Below are positions 33,378 through 40,430 of a stretch of DNA of 41,206 nucleotides, piece after piece. Origin of the DNA: a virus. The translations under genes were made by a program, and so were the position numbers. Location of the stretch: positions 1 through 41,206 of the IMG/VR virus record IMGVR_UViG_3300027784_000002. One strand, given 5' to 3'. The notes under the pieces were generated by a model. That model saw only the letters and a program-made list of their open reading frames with translations, searched no databases and was not told the origin of the DNA. Each line of letters opens with the position of its first letter. The first letter of the stretch is position 1.

Positions 33378-33833
33378 ATGCAAAAACTCATAGCGTCACT
33401 TATCATAGGAATTGCCATTTCTGGGGGATATGTCGCAGGTATAGACAAAACCTTTGGAGAAGTTGAATTTGAGCGACAAGAAAGCGAATTATTTAACGAG
33501 CAGGGGTTCCTGAAAGCACCAATTATGGTTACTTATCAGGAGTCTCAGGTATTGGGAACTAAGACAGATAATTACTATCACTTACTTACAGGAAAGACTT
33601 GGAACGCAGATTTGATGTATCGCATTATGAAGTGCGAAAGTTCACTAAACCCAAGAGCGCACAACCCGGAGTGGCACAGGGGGTGTCAGGGAAGCTATGG
33701 ACTTTTTCAGGTAGCTTGTGTTCACGGATATAGTAATCTTTATGATCCGGAATCAAATATAGAAGCAGCATACAGAGTTTGGCAGAAGCAAGGATACTGG
33801 GCGTGGAAGAATTGTTATTTAAGCAATAAATGA
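33378..33833 (+). CDS. SLT-domain lytic transglycosylase with N-terminal signal-anchor (SAR-endolysin-like)
   Basis: The CESSLNPRAHN ... GSYGLFQV ... AAYRVW pattern matches the GH23/SLT motifs ES..nP.A and GLMQ. The N-terminus LIASLIIGIAISGGYVAGI is a Gly/Ala/Ser-rich TM segment. Confidence 0.65.
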   Translation: MQKLIASLIIGIAISGGYVAGIDKTFGEVEFERQESELFNEQGFLKAPIMVTYQESQVLGTKTDNYYHLLTGKTWNADLMYRIMKCESSLNPRAHNPEWHRGCQGSYGLFQVACVHGYSNLYDPESNIEAAYRVWQKQGYWAWKNCYLSNK

Positions 33834-33921
33834 TTTGACACGATTTTTCTCTTATGTATAATTAGAAAAAGTATTAAAAACATGAGGATACACAGACGTA
33901 TAATATCTTTATTTAATTCAG

Positions 33922-33949
33922 AAACCACCTGACTTCGGGTGGTTTTTTG
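33922..33949 (+). terminator. Rho-independent terminator after the lysis cassette
   Basis: aaaccacc-tgacttcg-ggtggttt followed by a T run. Confidence 0.75.
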
Positions 33950-33961
33950 TTTGCCTGCTTC

Positions 33962-33997
33962 TGTGCGGGGGTTTTTTGCAAAATTTTCCCCTGCACA
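33962..33997. promoter_or_regulatory. GC-rich inverted repeat (TGTGCGGGG ... CCCCtGCACA) with an AT palindromic loop, at the left edge of the SD cassette
   Basis: Read directly. A 9-bp stem with one bulge and a 17-nt loop (gttttttgcaaaatttt). No T run follows. Confidence 0.5.
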
Positions 33998-34040
33998 AAA
34001 GGAGGGAAAGCACACTAAACAACGAAAGGAGGTGATGTAA

Positions 34041-34169
34041 ATGTATTGTCATGCAAGGTGTATCCATTGTGGCAAAGATGGTTTTCACAGGATCATTGAT
34101 TCAGGTATGAATCGTCTTGTGGTTCTTTGCAAGCACTGCGGACTTGTTTTCCGTATAATCCTTAAGTAG
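34041..34169 (+). CDS. Zinc-ribbon protein (42 aa; below the ORF-track cutoff)
   Basis: Hand translation gives MYCHARCIHCGKDGFHRIIDSGMNRLVVLCKHCGLVFRIILK. A strong SD (AAGGAGGTGA) ends 8 nt upstream of the ATG. Confidence 0.6.
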   Translation: MYCHARCIHCGKDGFHRIIDSGMNRLVVLCKHCGLVFRIILK

Positions 34170-34179
34170 GAGGTATGCT

Positions 34180-34377
34180 ATGTGGTATTCAGGAGGAGAC
34201 AAGCTGAGCCCTGAACAAGAGTTTATCTTCAAGGTTCAAATGCTTGCCGAAAAGTACGATACCGAGGTGGAAATTGACCAGAAAAATAAGACGGTCAACT
34301 TCCTTGCCAAAGATGAAGCAACTCAAATTGCTCTCGCAAAAGAGCTTGAGGACCTTTTTTCTGACAATCTGGTCTAG
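34180..34377 (+). CDS. Acidic hypothetical protein (65 aa)
   Basis: ORF track. SD GGAGG lies 6 nt upstream. Confidence 0.65.
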   Translation: MWYSGGDKLSPEQEFIFKVQMLAEKYDTEVEIDQKNKTVNFLAKDEATQIALAKELEDLFSDNLV

Positions 34378-34388
34378 GGGGTGATGTC

Positions 34389-34679
34389 ATGAATGAGTTC
34401 GAGGTTTTCTTGTTTGATAGTGAATGGGACTTTGAGTTCTGTTGGACTTCCAAGAAGACCTACGGAACAATAAACCCCAGAAAGTCTCTGGTAAAGATTA
34501 ACATTCGGCTTATGCTGATTGAGACACTTTACCACGAATACTATCACACGAAGTATCCCAGTTTTGACGAATCGGCTATTGAGAGAATGGCTCAAACCAA
34601 GGTTCAATCCTTATCGGTTTCTGAAATCATAAGGATTACCGACAAGTTTGTCGCATACTGGGGAAAGGGGGGTGAATGA
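34389..34679 (+). CDS. Minimal HExxH metallopeptidase-like protein (96 aa; SprT/DUF45-like)
   Basis: LYHEYYH contains an HExxH motif. It is preceded by W.S..YG.I......VKINIRL, as in SprT/WLM/DUF45 zincins. SD GGGGGTGA upstream. Confidence 0.55.
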   Translation: MNEFEVFLFDSEWDFEFCWTSKKTYGTINPRKSLVKINIRLMLIETLYHEYYHTKYPSFDESAIERMAQTKVQSLSVSEIIRITDKFVAYWGKGGE

Positions 34680-34960
34680 ATTACTCTCGACACCATGTAA
34701 CACCTCGTTCTCGGATACGTAAGTCCAAGAACACAGTCTTGTTGCCAGAGAAGTTCCATGATAGTTGGCACTACCTCTTTGGTGACCTAACGCCAATCGA
34801 AACAATCTTCTTCTTAAAGGAACTGAATGCCCGAATGCACAAGAAGAGAATTATCACAAAGGGCGAAATTCAGGAACTAAGGGAAGGGATAAAGGAGGGA
34901 CGAAATGAAACAGAACCTCAGAAAAGGACGAAAGGTAAACATCAACCGACACGATCTTAA
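34676..34960 (+). CDS. HNH/His-Me finger-like small protein (94 aa)
   Basis: SRHHVTPRSR...KNTVLLPEKFHDSWHYLFGDLTP resembles small phage HNH proteins (HH..P.s..N..LLP..H..WH.LFG). ATGA overlap with the upstream gene; SD AAGGGGGG. Confidence 0.55.
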   Translation: MNYSRHHVTPRSRIRKSKNTVLLPEKFHDSWHYLFGDLTPIETIFFLKELNARMHKKRIITKGEIQELREGIKEGRNETEPQKRTKGKHQPTRS

Positions 34961-35693
34961 ACCCCGAAAGGACAGGTATCACGCAGACATCGTTCTCTTC
35001 GGAGATACGCATCTCGGACACCCCAACTTCCTTCGGGAAAAAGCACAGGATTTGCTTAACTACTGCCTCAGAACTAGGACTTACATGGTCTGCATGGGCG
35101 ACATGATTGAGAGTGGCATTACTGGCTCTGTTGGAGATAGTATCTATACCCAGACCCTTAATCCACAAGCACAGATGGAAGAAATGATTGATATGCTTAT
35201 GCCATTGGCGAAAGCTGGACTTCTTCTCGGATTGCACGCGGGTAACCATGAGATGCGTATCTTCAAAACATCTGGCATCAATGTCGCCAAGAACATGGCT
35301 GGTTGGCTCGGAGTACCGTTCCTGCACAGTGCTTGCTGGCATCTGTTTCGTGTAAATGGACACAACTACACAATGTATTCATTACATGGTGCTAGTGGTT
35401 CAAAGTTTATCTACACGAAGATTAAGGCGGCTACCGATATCAGCCACTACTTCGGAGCAGATATTATTGCTCACGCACACGTTCACGATAGGGCATCGGT
35501 TGCCATTGAAAGACAGGAAATCGATATGAGAAACAAGCAAGTTGCCTACCGCAAACAGTATATCCTTCTTACTGGTCATTATCTTGGGTACGATTTAAGT
35601 TATGCTCAAGACAAGGGTATGCCACCATCAAAGGTTGGTAGTCCTCGGATTCGGTTGTATGCCAATGATTGGGATATACATATTCGTGAATAG
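34905..35693 (+). CDS. Calcineurin-like metallophosphoesterase (262 aa)
   Basis: The full motif set is in order: LFGDTHLG, CMGDMIESG, AGNHE, LHGASG, AHAHVHD. SD AAGGAGG lies 6 nt upstream. Confidence 0.8.
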   Translation: MKQNLRKGRKVNINRHDLKPRKDRYHADIVLFGDTHLGHPNFLREKAQDLLNYCLRTRTYMVCMGDMIESGITGSVGDSIYTQTLNPQAQMEEMIDMLMPLAKAGLLLGLHAGNHEMRIFKTSGINVAKNMAGWLGVPFLHSACWHLFRVNGHNYTMYSLHGASGSKFIYTKIKAATDISHYFGADIIAHAHVHDRASVAIERQEIDMRNKQVAYRKQYILLTGHYLGYDLSYAQDKGMPPSKVGSPRIRLYANDWDIHIRE

Positions 35694-35701
35694 GGGGAGC
35701 T

Positions 35702-35800
35702 ATGAAACACTTCATAATTTATGTCTCCCTTATGGCCCTGGGTTATGGACTTAAACTACTTCTATGGATTGCCGAAAGAAGGGAGGAAGATGAAGACTAA
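35702..35800 (+). CDS. Small single-TM peptide (32 aa; below the ORF-track cutoff)
   Basis: Hand translation gives MKHFIIYVSLMALGYGLKLLLWIAERREEDED. SD GGGGGAG lies just upstream. Confidence 0.45.
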   Translation: MKHFIIYVSLMALGYGLKLLLWIAERREEDED

Positions 35801-35975
35801 TAGATACAAGTTCACTGACTGGGAGCTGATACACAACAGGTGCGATGAGTGTGGTGGCAAGGTCTACGCAAAACGGATAATGTCCAGAGACCACCTTATC
35901 AAGTGCGATGGTTGTGAAAGGTCAATGCTCATAAAGGAACCTCATGATACATTTACCACTGACTATGTTATTTAG
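35790..35975 (+). CDS. Zinc-ribbon protein (61 aa)
   Basis: ORF track 35721..35975, trimmed to the ATG preceded by SD AAGGGAGG. Contains CDECGG...CDGC. Confidence 0.55.
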   Translation: MKTNRYKFTDWELIHNRCDECGGKVYAKRIMSRDHLIKCDGCERSMLIKEPHDTFTTDYVI

Positions 35976-35984
35976 AAAGGGCCC

Positions 35985-36011
35985 GCCACCTTGCCCAAAA
36001 AGGTGGCTTTT
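35985..36011 (+). terminator. Rho-independent terminator closing the SD cassette
   Basis: gccacctt-gcccaaa-aaggtggc followed by ttttc. Confidence 0.7.
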
Positions 36012-36019
36012 CATATCAC

Positions 36020-36047
36020 TTGACACTATTTTCACACATGATATAAT
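36020..36047 (+). promoter_or_regulatory. Consensus sigma70 promoter with extended -10
   Basis: TTGACA (36020..36025), 16 nt ending in TGa, TATAAT (36042..36047). A 23-nt leader runs to the ATG at 36071. Confidence 0.7.
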
Positions 36048-36070
36048 AGGGTTACGTTAATAATGAAAAT

Positions 36071-36319
36071 ATGAAACTAAAAGGATTTACAAAAAAAGAA
36101 GTAAAACAAGAAACAAACAAAAAAGTTTATTTGTTTTATACAGACTTCCTTCTTAAAAAAGGAAGACCTCCTTCTTTGCAAGATATTTCAGATAATTTCG
36201 GTTTTACTAGGGAAAGATCAAGGCAGATATTAGAAAGAATGAGTGAAGAGGGTTACCTCTTAAAAGAAGGAAAAGGTAATAAGGTTAAATACAAACCTGA
36301 TTGGATTAACAAAAATTAG
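36071..36319 (+). CDS. Small winged-helix/HTH DNA-binding protein (LexA-N or sigma70 region-4-like)
   Basis: GRPPSLQDISDNFGFTRERSRQILERMSEEGYL resembles both the LexA N-terminal wHTH and sigma region 4 (SrERvRQI). Has its own promoter. Confidence 0.6.
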   Translation: MKLKGFTKKEVKQETNKKVYLFYTDFLLKKGRPPSLQDISDNFGFTRERSRQILERMSEEGYLLKEGKGNKVKYKPDWINKN

Positions 36320-36326
36320 ATAAGAC

Positions 36327-36354
36327 TTGACAAAATTTTTTAATTGAATATAAT
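36327..36354 (+). promoter_or_regulatory. Consensus sigma70 promoter
   Basis: TTGACA (36327..36332), 16 nt, TATAAT (36349..36354). Confidence 0.65.
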
Positions 36355-36374
36355 GAGAGTGTAACAAAAAAGAT

Positions 36375-36500
36375 ATGCCAAATCCTGCGAAAAACTTTAC
36401 AACTCAACAACAGCAATATGCTCCTTTGTTACAAGGCTTGCAGGAGCCTAGGCATGGGGGAGTATATCAACTTTTGTTGAAAAAGAGACCACTTTTATAG
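36375..36500 (+). CDS. Possible micro-ORF (41 aa) in a promoter-to-terminator mini-unit
   Basis: Hand translation gives MPNPAKNFTTQQQQYAPLLQGLQEPRHGGVYQLLLKKRPLL. The stop lies inside the terminator hairpin. The unit could instead be a small RNA. Confidence 0.3.
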   Translation: MPNPAKNFTTQQQQYAPLLQGLQEPRHGGVYQLLLKKRPLL

Positions 36501-36512
36501 GTGGTCTTTTTT
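36486..36512 (+). terminator. Rho-independent terminator
   Basis: agaccac-ttttatag-gtggtct followed by tttttt. Confidence 0.7.
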
Positions 36513-36863
36513 GTATTCTAGATATAATAGTGGCAGGGAATCTAAGTGCTTATTGATCACTATAAATAAAAGCCCAAGCATTCTAGATATGCAGGATAAG
36601 CAACTAAATCACTGGTCTTCCTCGGACTATAAATGAGGGCCTCGTAAGCAGATTTAGGATAAAAAAAGAAGCGGTAGCAGTGGCGCATTTCGCTGTCGTT
36701 TTTTCCAAACTTACCGGATTGGTTTTTTGCGGAAATATGCTTAAACTCTTCCAAGAGAAAATGGATCTAAGAGTTGAACTATAAACCTTCATAGGGGGAA
36801 TACATTCACTCTTACGCCTCGAAGCAGATTATTATTAAAAGAAGAACAACAACCAAAAAAGAC

Positions 36864-36891
36864 TTGACACCAATTTGTGATATGATAAAAT
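36864..36891 (+). promoter_or_regulatory. Sigma70 promoter with extended -10 for the recombination module
   Basis: TTGACA (36864..36869), 16 nt ending in TGa, TAAAAT (36886..36891). Followed by the ATAAAGGTCGA leader and 29 nt to the ATG at 36937. Confidence 0.6.
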
Positions 36892-36936
36892 TAGAACATA
36901 AAGGTCGAAAATTATTAAGCAATTAAAAATTTTATT

Positions 36937-37545
36937 ATGAAGTATTCTGACATCCAAAAAATAGAAAAGCGCAAAGATTACCAAAACTTGGTATCCTTTG
37001 CAGATCAATACTTAGCCAATGCTAAGAATATTGTCGTTAAAAGCGATGAGGAGGAAAAAAAGGCCGTGGGCCTCAAGGGAGAAATAAAAGACACGATGAA
37101 AAAGGGGGAAGAGATGAAGAGATTTTTCGTTGATCCTCATAAGAAGTTTATTAAAATGATTGAAGATAAGTTCTCAGTGTTAAAGACAATGAAAGAGGCG
37201 GATGATATTCTCAAAGAAAAAATGATTAAGTATCAGGCAGAGAAAGATGAAAAAATAAAAAAAGAAAAAGAAAAGATTGTAGAAAAAATGAAGAAAGATA
37301 AGAATGCGGATTTAGGGGAAGCAACTGAAGCACTTGAAAAAGTGGGAGCATCTGAAAAAACAATAGAGGCCGAGGGACATAGGGTTACTTACCGGGTAGA
37401 TAGAAAAGTATTGATCGAGGACGAATCAAAACTTCCAAGAGAGTATCTAATACCCAATGTGTCTCTTATTAAAAAGAAGGCAAAAGAGGGTGAAGATATT
37501 CCCGGAGTAAAGGTTGTTGATGAAAAAACACCAGTTACTTATTAA
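36937..37545 (+). CDS. Siphovirus Gp157-like protein
   Basis: Coiled-coil N-terminal part. The C-terminal VTYRVDRKVLIEDESKLPREYLIPNVSLIKKKAKEGEDIPGVKVVDEKT matches the remembered Sipho_Gp157 pattern (iP.eyl... G..ipGv). Confidence 0.6.
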   Translation: MKYSDIQKIEKRKDYQNLVSFADQYLANAKNIVVKSDEEEKKAVGLKGEIKDTMKKGEEMKRFFVDPHKKFIKMIEDKFSVLKTMKEADDILKEKMIKYQAEKDEKIKKEKEKIVEKMKKDKNADLGEATEALEKVGASEKTIEAEGHRVTYRVDRKVLIEDESKLPREYLIPNVSLIKKKAKEGEDIPGVKVVDEKTPVTY

Positions 37546-37566
37546 AAGTCGTAAATATGAAAAATT

Positions 37567-38313
37567 ATGCCTAAAAAGAAAAATGATCAACAAATAACAG
37601 GGGTTACTAAAGAGAAGCTGGAGTTATGGGGCAGTGTATTTAATTCTAAGGATCTTGAGGAGCAAACAAAAAAGTATTGCCAGATGGTAGCGGAGATGTA
37701 TGAGGTTCCTCCTACCGGAGTGGTTTCTATGGCAAATCAGCCGTACTTAAACAAGGACGCAAGGATTTTTCTTCTCAATAGTTTTATTGCAGAGAAGAAG
37801 GTCTCTCGCGTAAAAGAAATGAGAACTATATTCTTGCAAATGAGTAAAACTCCGGAAGAAACTGCTATCTGTAAGGCCGTCGCTATTTTAGAGAACGGAG
37901 ATTATTATGAGGCGGTAGGAGAAGCAAATAGATCAAGTGTTAAACTAGATGCCGTCAAGAACACTCTCAATATGATGGCTGAGACAAGGGGGCTCAATAG
38001 AGTTATATGGAAAATAGTTGGAGGACACACGCTCAATAGAGTAATGGATAATATAAAGAAAGCCAATGTAAGCGATGAAGAGAAGGAAACGATCGTTGAG
38101 GCCGGAAGAACAAGCGCGGAAGAGGTAAATTACGAAGATGTCTCAAAAAAGACAAGTGATAAAGGGTTTGAGAAAGCAAAGAAAGGAATAGTAAAGAACA
38201 TAAACTATATGAGTGAGGAAGAAAAAGATGATCTAGACAAAAAGATACAAGGGTCTGATCTGTATACGAAAAAGCAGAAGGAAGAATTACAAGGGTTAAT
38301 CTACCAAGGATAA
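37567..38313 (+). CDS. Putative single-strand annealing protein (Rad52/Sak-like)
   Basis: NQPYLNKDARIFLLNSF and MAETRGLNRVIWKIVG resemble the Rad52/Sak motifs (Yi....vi..LN..F and AeTDAlKRa...G). Adjacent to an exonuclease gene. Confidence 0.45.
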   Translation: MPKKKNDQQITGVTKEKLELWGSVFNSKDLEEQTKKYCQMVAEMYEVPPTGVVSMANQPYLNKDARIFLLNSFIAEKKVSRVKEMRTIFLQMSKTPEETAICKAVAILENGDYYEAVGEANRSSVKLDAVKNTLNMMAETRGLNRVIWKIVGGHTLNRVMDNIKKANVSDEEKETIVEAGRTSAEEVNYEDVSKKTSDKGFEKAKKGIVKNINYMSEEEKDDLDKKIQGSDLYTKKQKEELQGLIYQG

Positions 38314-38945
38314 TGCACATTCACGCTGAAAACAAAGTGACGCCAAAGCCCTATCTTTCGTGGAGTCAGTATAACCTGTTCCGGAACAGTCAGATGAGAT
38401 ATGTTTCTACATACATCTACGGAGAGAGGTTTCAAAATGAGGAAATGGATAAGGGGAGGGAGCTTGCGGAAATACTTGAAAAAGATGAGAAGGTTGATGA
38501 TTCTGATATAGAAAGTGTAAGGATAATGCTTCCCACTCTAAAGGAAAGAGAATATGAGATAGAGACTTCTCTCGGTGATGTTCCTTTATACGGAAAGTTT
38601 GACGGTTTTGACGAAAAAAACTTTGTCCTTGACGAGATTAAGAGTGGAAAGAATGGCTGGGATCAGAGAAAGGTTGATAATTGTGAACAGATAACATTCT
38701 ACTCTTTAATGATTTATCAAAAATTTAAGAAGCTCCCAAAAAAGATAAGATTACACTACGCGCCCACGGAAAGGGTGGCTGGAACTATAAGATTTACTGG
38801 AGAGGTGGAAAGTTTCGTAACAGAAAGAAGTCTAAACGATGTATTGGGATTACTGGTGCCCATTAAAAGAACATGGGAGGGAATTCAAAAGGTCTCATTA
38901 AAAGAGTATAAGAGTTTAGGAAAATATGATCATCAAAGCGCTTAA
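38313..38945 (+). CDS. PD-(D/E)XK exonuclease (Cas4/RecB-like)
   Basis: GKFDGFD ... VLDEIKSGK (D...ExK) followed by QITFYSLMIYQ. Paired with the annealase candidate. Confidence 0.6.
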   Translation: MHIHAENKVTPKPYLSWSQYNLFRNSQMRYVSTYIYGERFQNEEMDKGRELAEILEKDEKVDDSDIESVRIMLPTLKEREYEIETSLGDVPLYGKFDGFDEKNFVLDEIKSGKNGWDQRKVDNCEQITFYSLMIYQKFKKLPKKIRLHYAPTERVAGTIRFTGEVESFVTERSLNDVLGLLVPIKRTWEGIQKVSLKEYKSLGKYDHQSA

Positions 38946-39135
38946 CTATATTCCGGCCGTTATTATAGTGGGAGGTATATTTGTAATATCATTTCATACA
39001 AATATATGGGTTGGATTGTCTATACTTGCGATTATATTGTTCAATAATATATCACTTTATGCACAGATACATGAAGATTTATTAGAAGAAATAATTAAAA
39101 AAATAAATTATGCCAGAAGAAATAAAAGTATTTGA
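38926..39135 (+). CDS. Small two-TM membrane protein (69 aa)
   Basis: ORF track. TM helices IPAVIIVGGIFVISF and WVGLSILAIILFNNI. Confidence 0.5.
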   Translation: MIIKALNYIPAVIIVGGIFVISFHTNIWVGLSILAIILFNNISLYAQIHEDLLEEIIKKINYARRNKSI

Positions 39136-39487
39136 AACAAGAGATCTTGGATTGGCCTCTGCTTTGTCGGCAAAAGGTTTCCAAATTATAAGAACGGAAA
39201 AGAAGAAAGATAACGTGGTTTATTTTCTCTTCCAAAGTGATCCGGATATAGAAAGAAACGCGCAAAATTACTTCTTGGGAAATTATCCAGTAGATGCTAT
39301 AAAGTTATCAACTGAAATGAAGAGATTAAGAAAAATAATAGGGGCCCACTTTAACGTAGATGCCGGAGAGAAAAGAATGAAGGAGAGGAAGATTCAACAT
39401 AAATACGACGATGAAATTGCGGAAGAAGAAAAGGGGAATGGAAAAAAGAGAAAAAAGGTCAACAATGACGGATTCACCTCAATATAA
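39110..39487 (+). CDS. DUF5659-like protein (125 aa)
   Basis: The FETRDLGLASALSAKGFQIIRTEKKKDNVVYFLFQ pattern resembles DUF5659 (recalled from memory). K/E-rich tail. Confidence 0.5.
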   Translation: MPEEIKVFETRDLGLASALSAKGFQIIRTEKKKDNVVYFLFQSDPDIERNAQNYFLGNYPVDAIKLSTEMKRLRKIIGAHFNVDAGEKRMKERKIQHKYDDEIAEEEKGNGKKRKKVNNDGFTSI

Positions 39488-39872
39488 ATGTTTAACTTGC
39501 GGAGAAACTCTTGTTAGAAGAGAGACAAGAAAGACGATCCTTTATGCTTGCCCTAATTGGAAGAGTGGATATTGTCCGGGTTTTCTCTATAATCCCAGTA
39601 TACCTTCTTGGAGAGTGGCAAGTGAGAGCTCAATGGGAATGATGTATGATATATCAAAGAAGGACGGAAAGTATTACTGCACGTGTCCGGCCGGAGGGTT
39701 TCAAAAAAAAGAGTGTAAGCATAGGAGGTGGGTTAGAGAGAGTTACGAAAACCTACCTCCTACCAAAGAGGAAAAAGAAGAAAACGAGATAGAAAAAACA
39801 TTCTATTATCTCAAAGAAAAAGGTTTTTTTGAAAATTATAAAAATTACGAAGAATATAAAAAAGGTATATGA
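39465..39872 (+). CDS. SWIM zinc-finger protein with N-terminal Zn ribbon
   Basis: YYCTCPAGGFQKKECKHRRW has the CxC-x(n)-CxH SWIM signature, and the N-terminus has CLTCG...ACPNW. The start is uncertain (39411, 39438 or 39465). Confidence 0.55.
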   Translation: MTDSPQYKCLTCGETLVRRETRKTILYACPNWKSGYCPGFLYNPSIPSWRVASESSMGMMYDISKKDGKYYCTCPAGGFQKKECKHRRWVRESYENLPPTKEEKEENEIEKTFYYLKEKGFFENYKNYEEYKKGI

Positions 39873-40042
39873 ACAAAAAATACAACTGCAAAATATGCAA
39901 AGACGAGAGGTGGATAGAGGTGGATCCAATCCGTCCAGAACAAGTAATTGTACCGAAGTACGAACCTTGCGAGTGTTTAATCAAAGAAACAGAAGACGGG
40001 GAGATAGATGATACGATAGATCCTGATATAAATTATGTATAA
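39869..40042 (+). CDS. Small Cys-rich protein (57 aa; below the ORF-track cutoff)
   Basis: Hand translation gives MNKKYNCKICKDERWIEVDPIRPEQVIVPKYEPCECLIKETEDGEIDDTIDPDINYV. ATGA overlap with the upstream stop. Its own stop lies inside a TAAAGGTCG motif. Confidence 0.5.
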   Translation: MNKKYNCKICKDERWIEVDPIRPEQVIVPKYEPCECLIKETEDGEIDDTIDPDINYV

Positions 40043-40076
40043 AGGTCGACTTATTAAACTTTAATTAAACAAAATT

Positions 40077-40430
40077 ATGAAAGAAGTAACAAACAAGTGG
40101 TGGTTCTGGGTACTGATGACGCTTTTAGCAATCTTTGTAATAACAGTAGCATTTACTCCAACCCCACCAGTATTAGAGGAAGAAACAGAAGTAGACTTTT
40201 CAGAGCACATAAAGGAAGAACCAAAGAGAGATTATTTCAAGGAAGAATATATGAAGGGGTGTGACCCTTGGGGAGACCTTACTGCTTATTGCGAATGCAG
40301 TTATGCTTATCTGGAAACAAGACTAGGAAAAGATGGATTACTTGAGATGGGGATTGAAATGGATAGAACTGGAGGAACTCCACAAGAGGTATTTGATGCA
40401 ACGGAGGCTTGCTCTGAATATCTTTACTAG
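40077..40430 (+). CDS. Membrane-anchored protein (117 aa)
   Basis: ORF track. N-terminal TM helix WWFWVLMTLLAIFVITVAF and a Cys-containing ectodomain. Confidence 0.55.
   Translation: MKEVTNKWWFWVLMTLLAIFVITVAFTPTPPVLEEETEVDFSEHIKEEPKRDYFKEEYMKGCDPWGDLTAYCECSYAYLETRLGKDGLLEMGIEMDRTGGTPQEVFDATEACSEYLY

Noticed and set aside
33815-34015. Minus-strand 66-aa ORF across the lysin-to-cassette junction.
   Set aside because: It spans the intrinsic terminator and the GC palindrome and is antisense to the surrounding units. It is most likely spurious.
36560-36792. Two overlapping minus-strand ORFs (36560..36754 and 36604..36792).
   Set aside because: They overlap each other in different frames and run against the flanking rightward promoter/terminator logic. 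They also have implausible compositions. The region is treated as non-coding.
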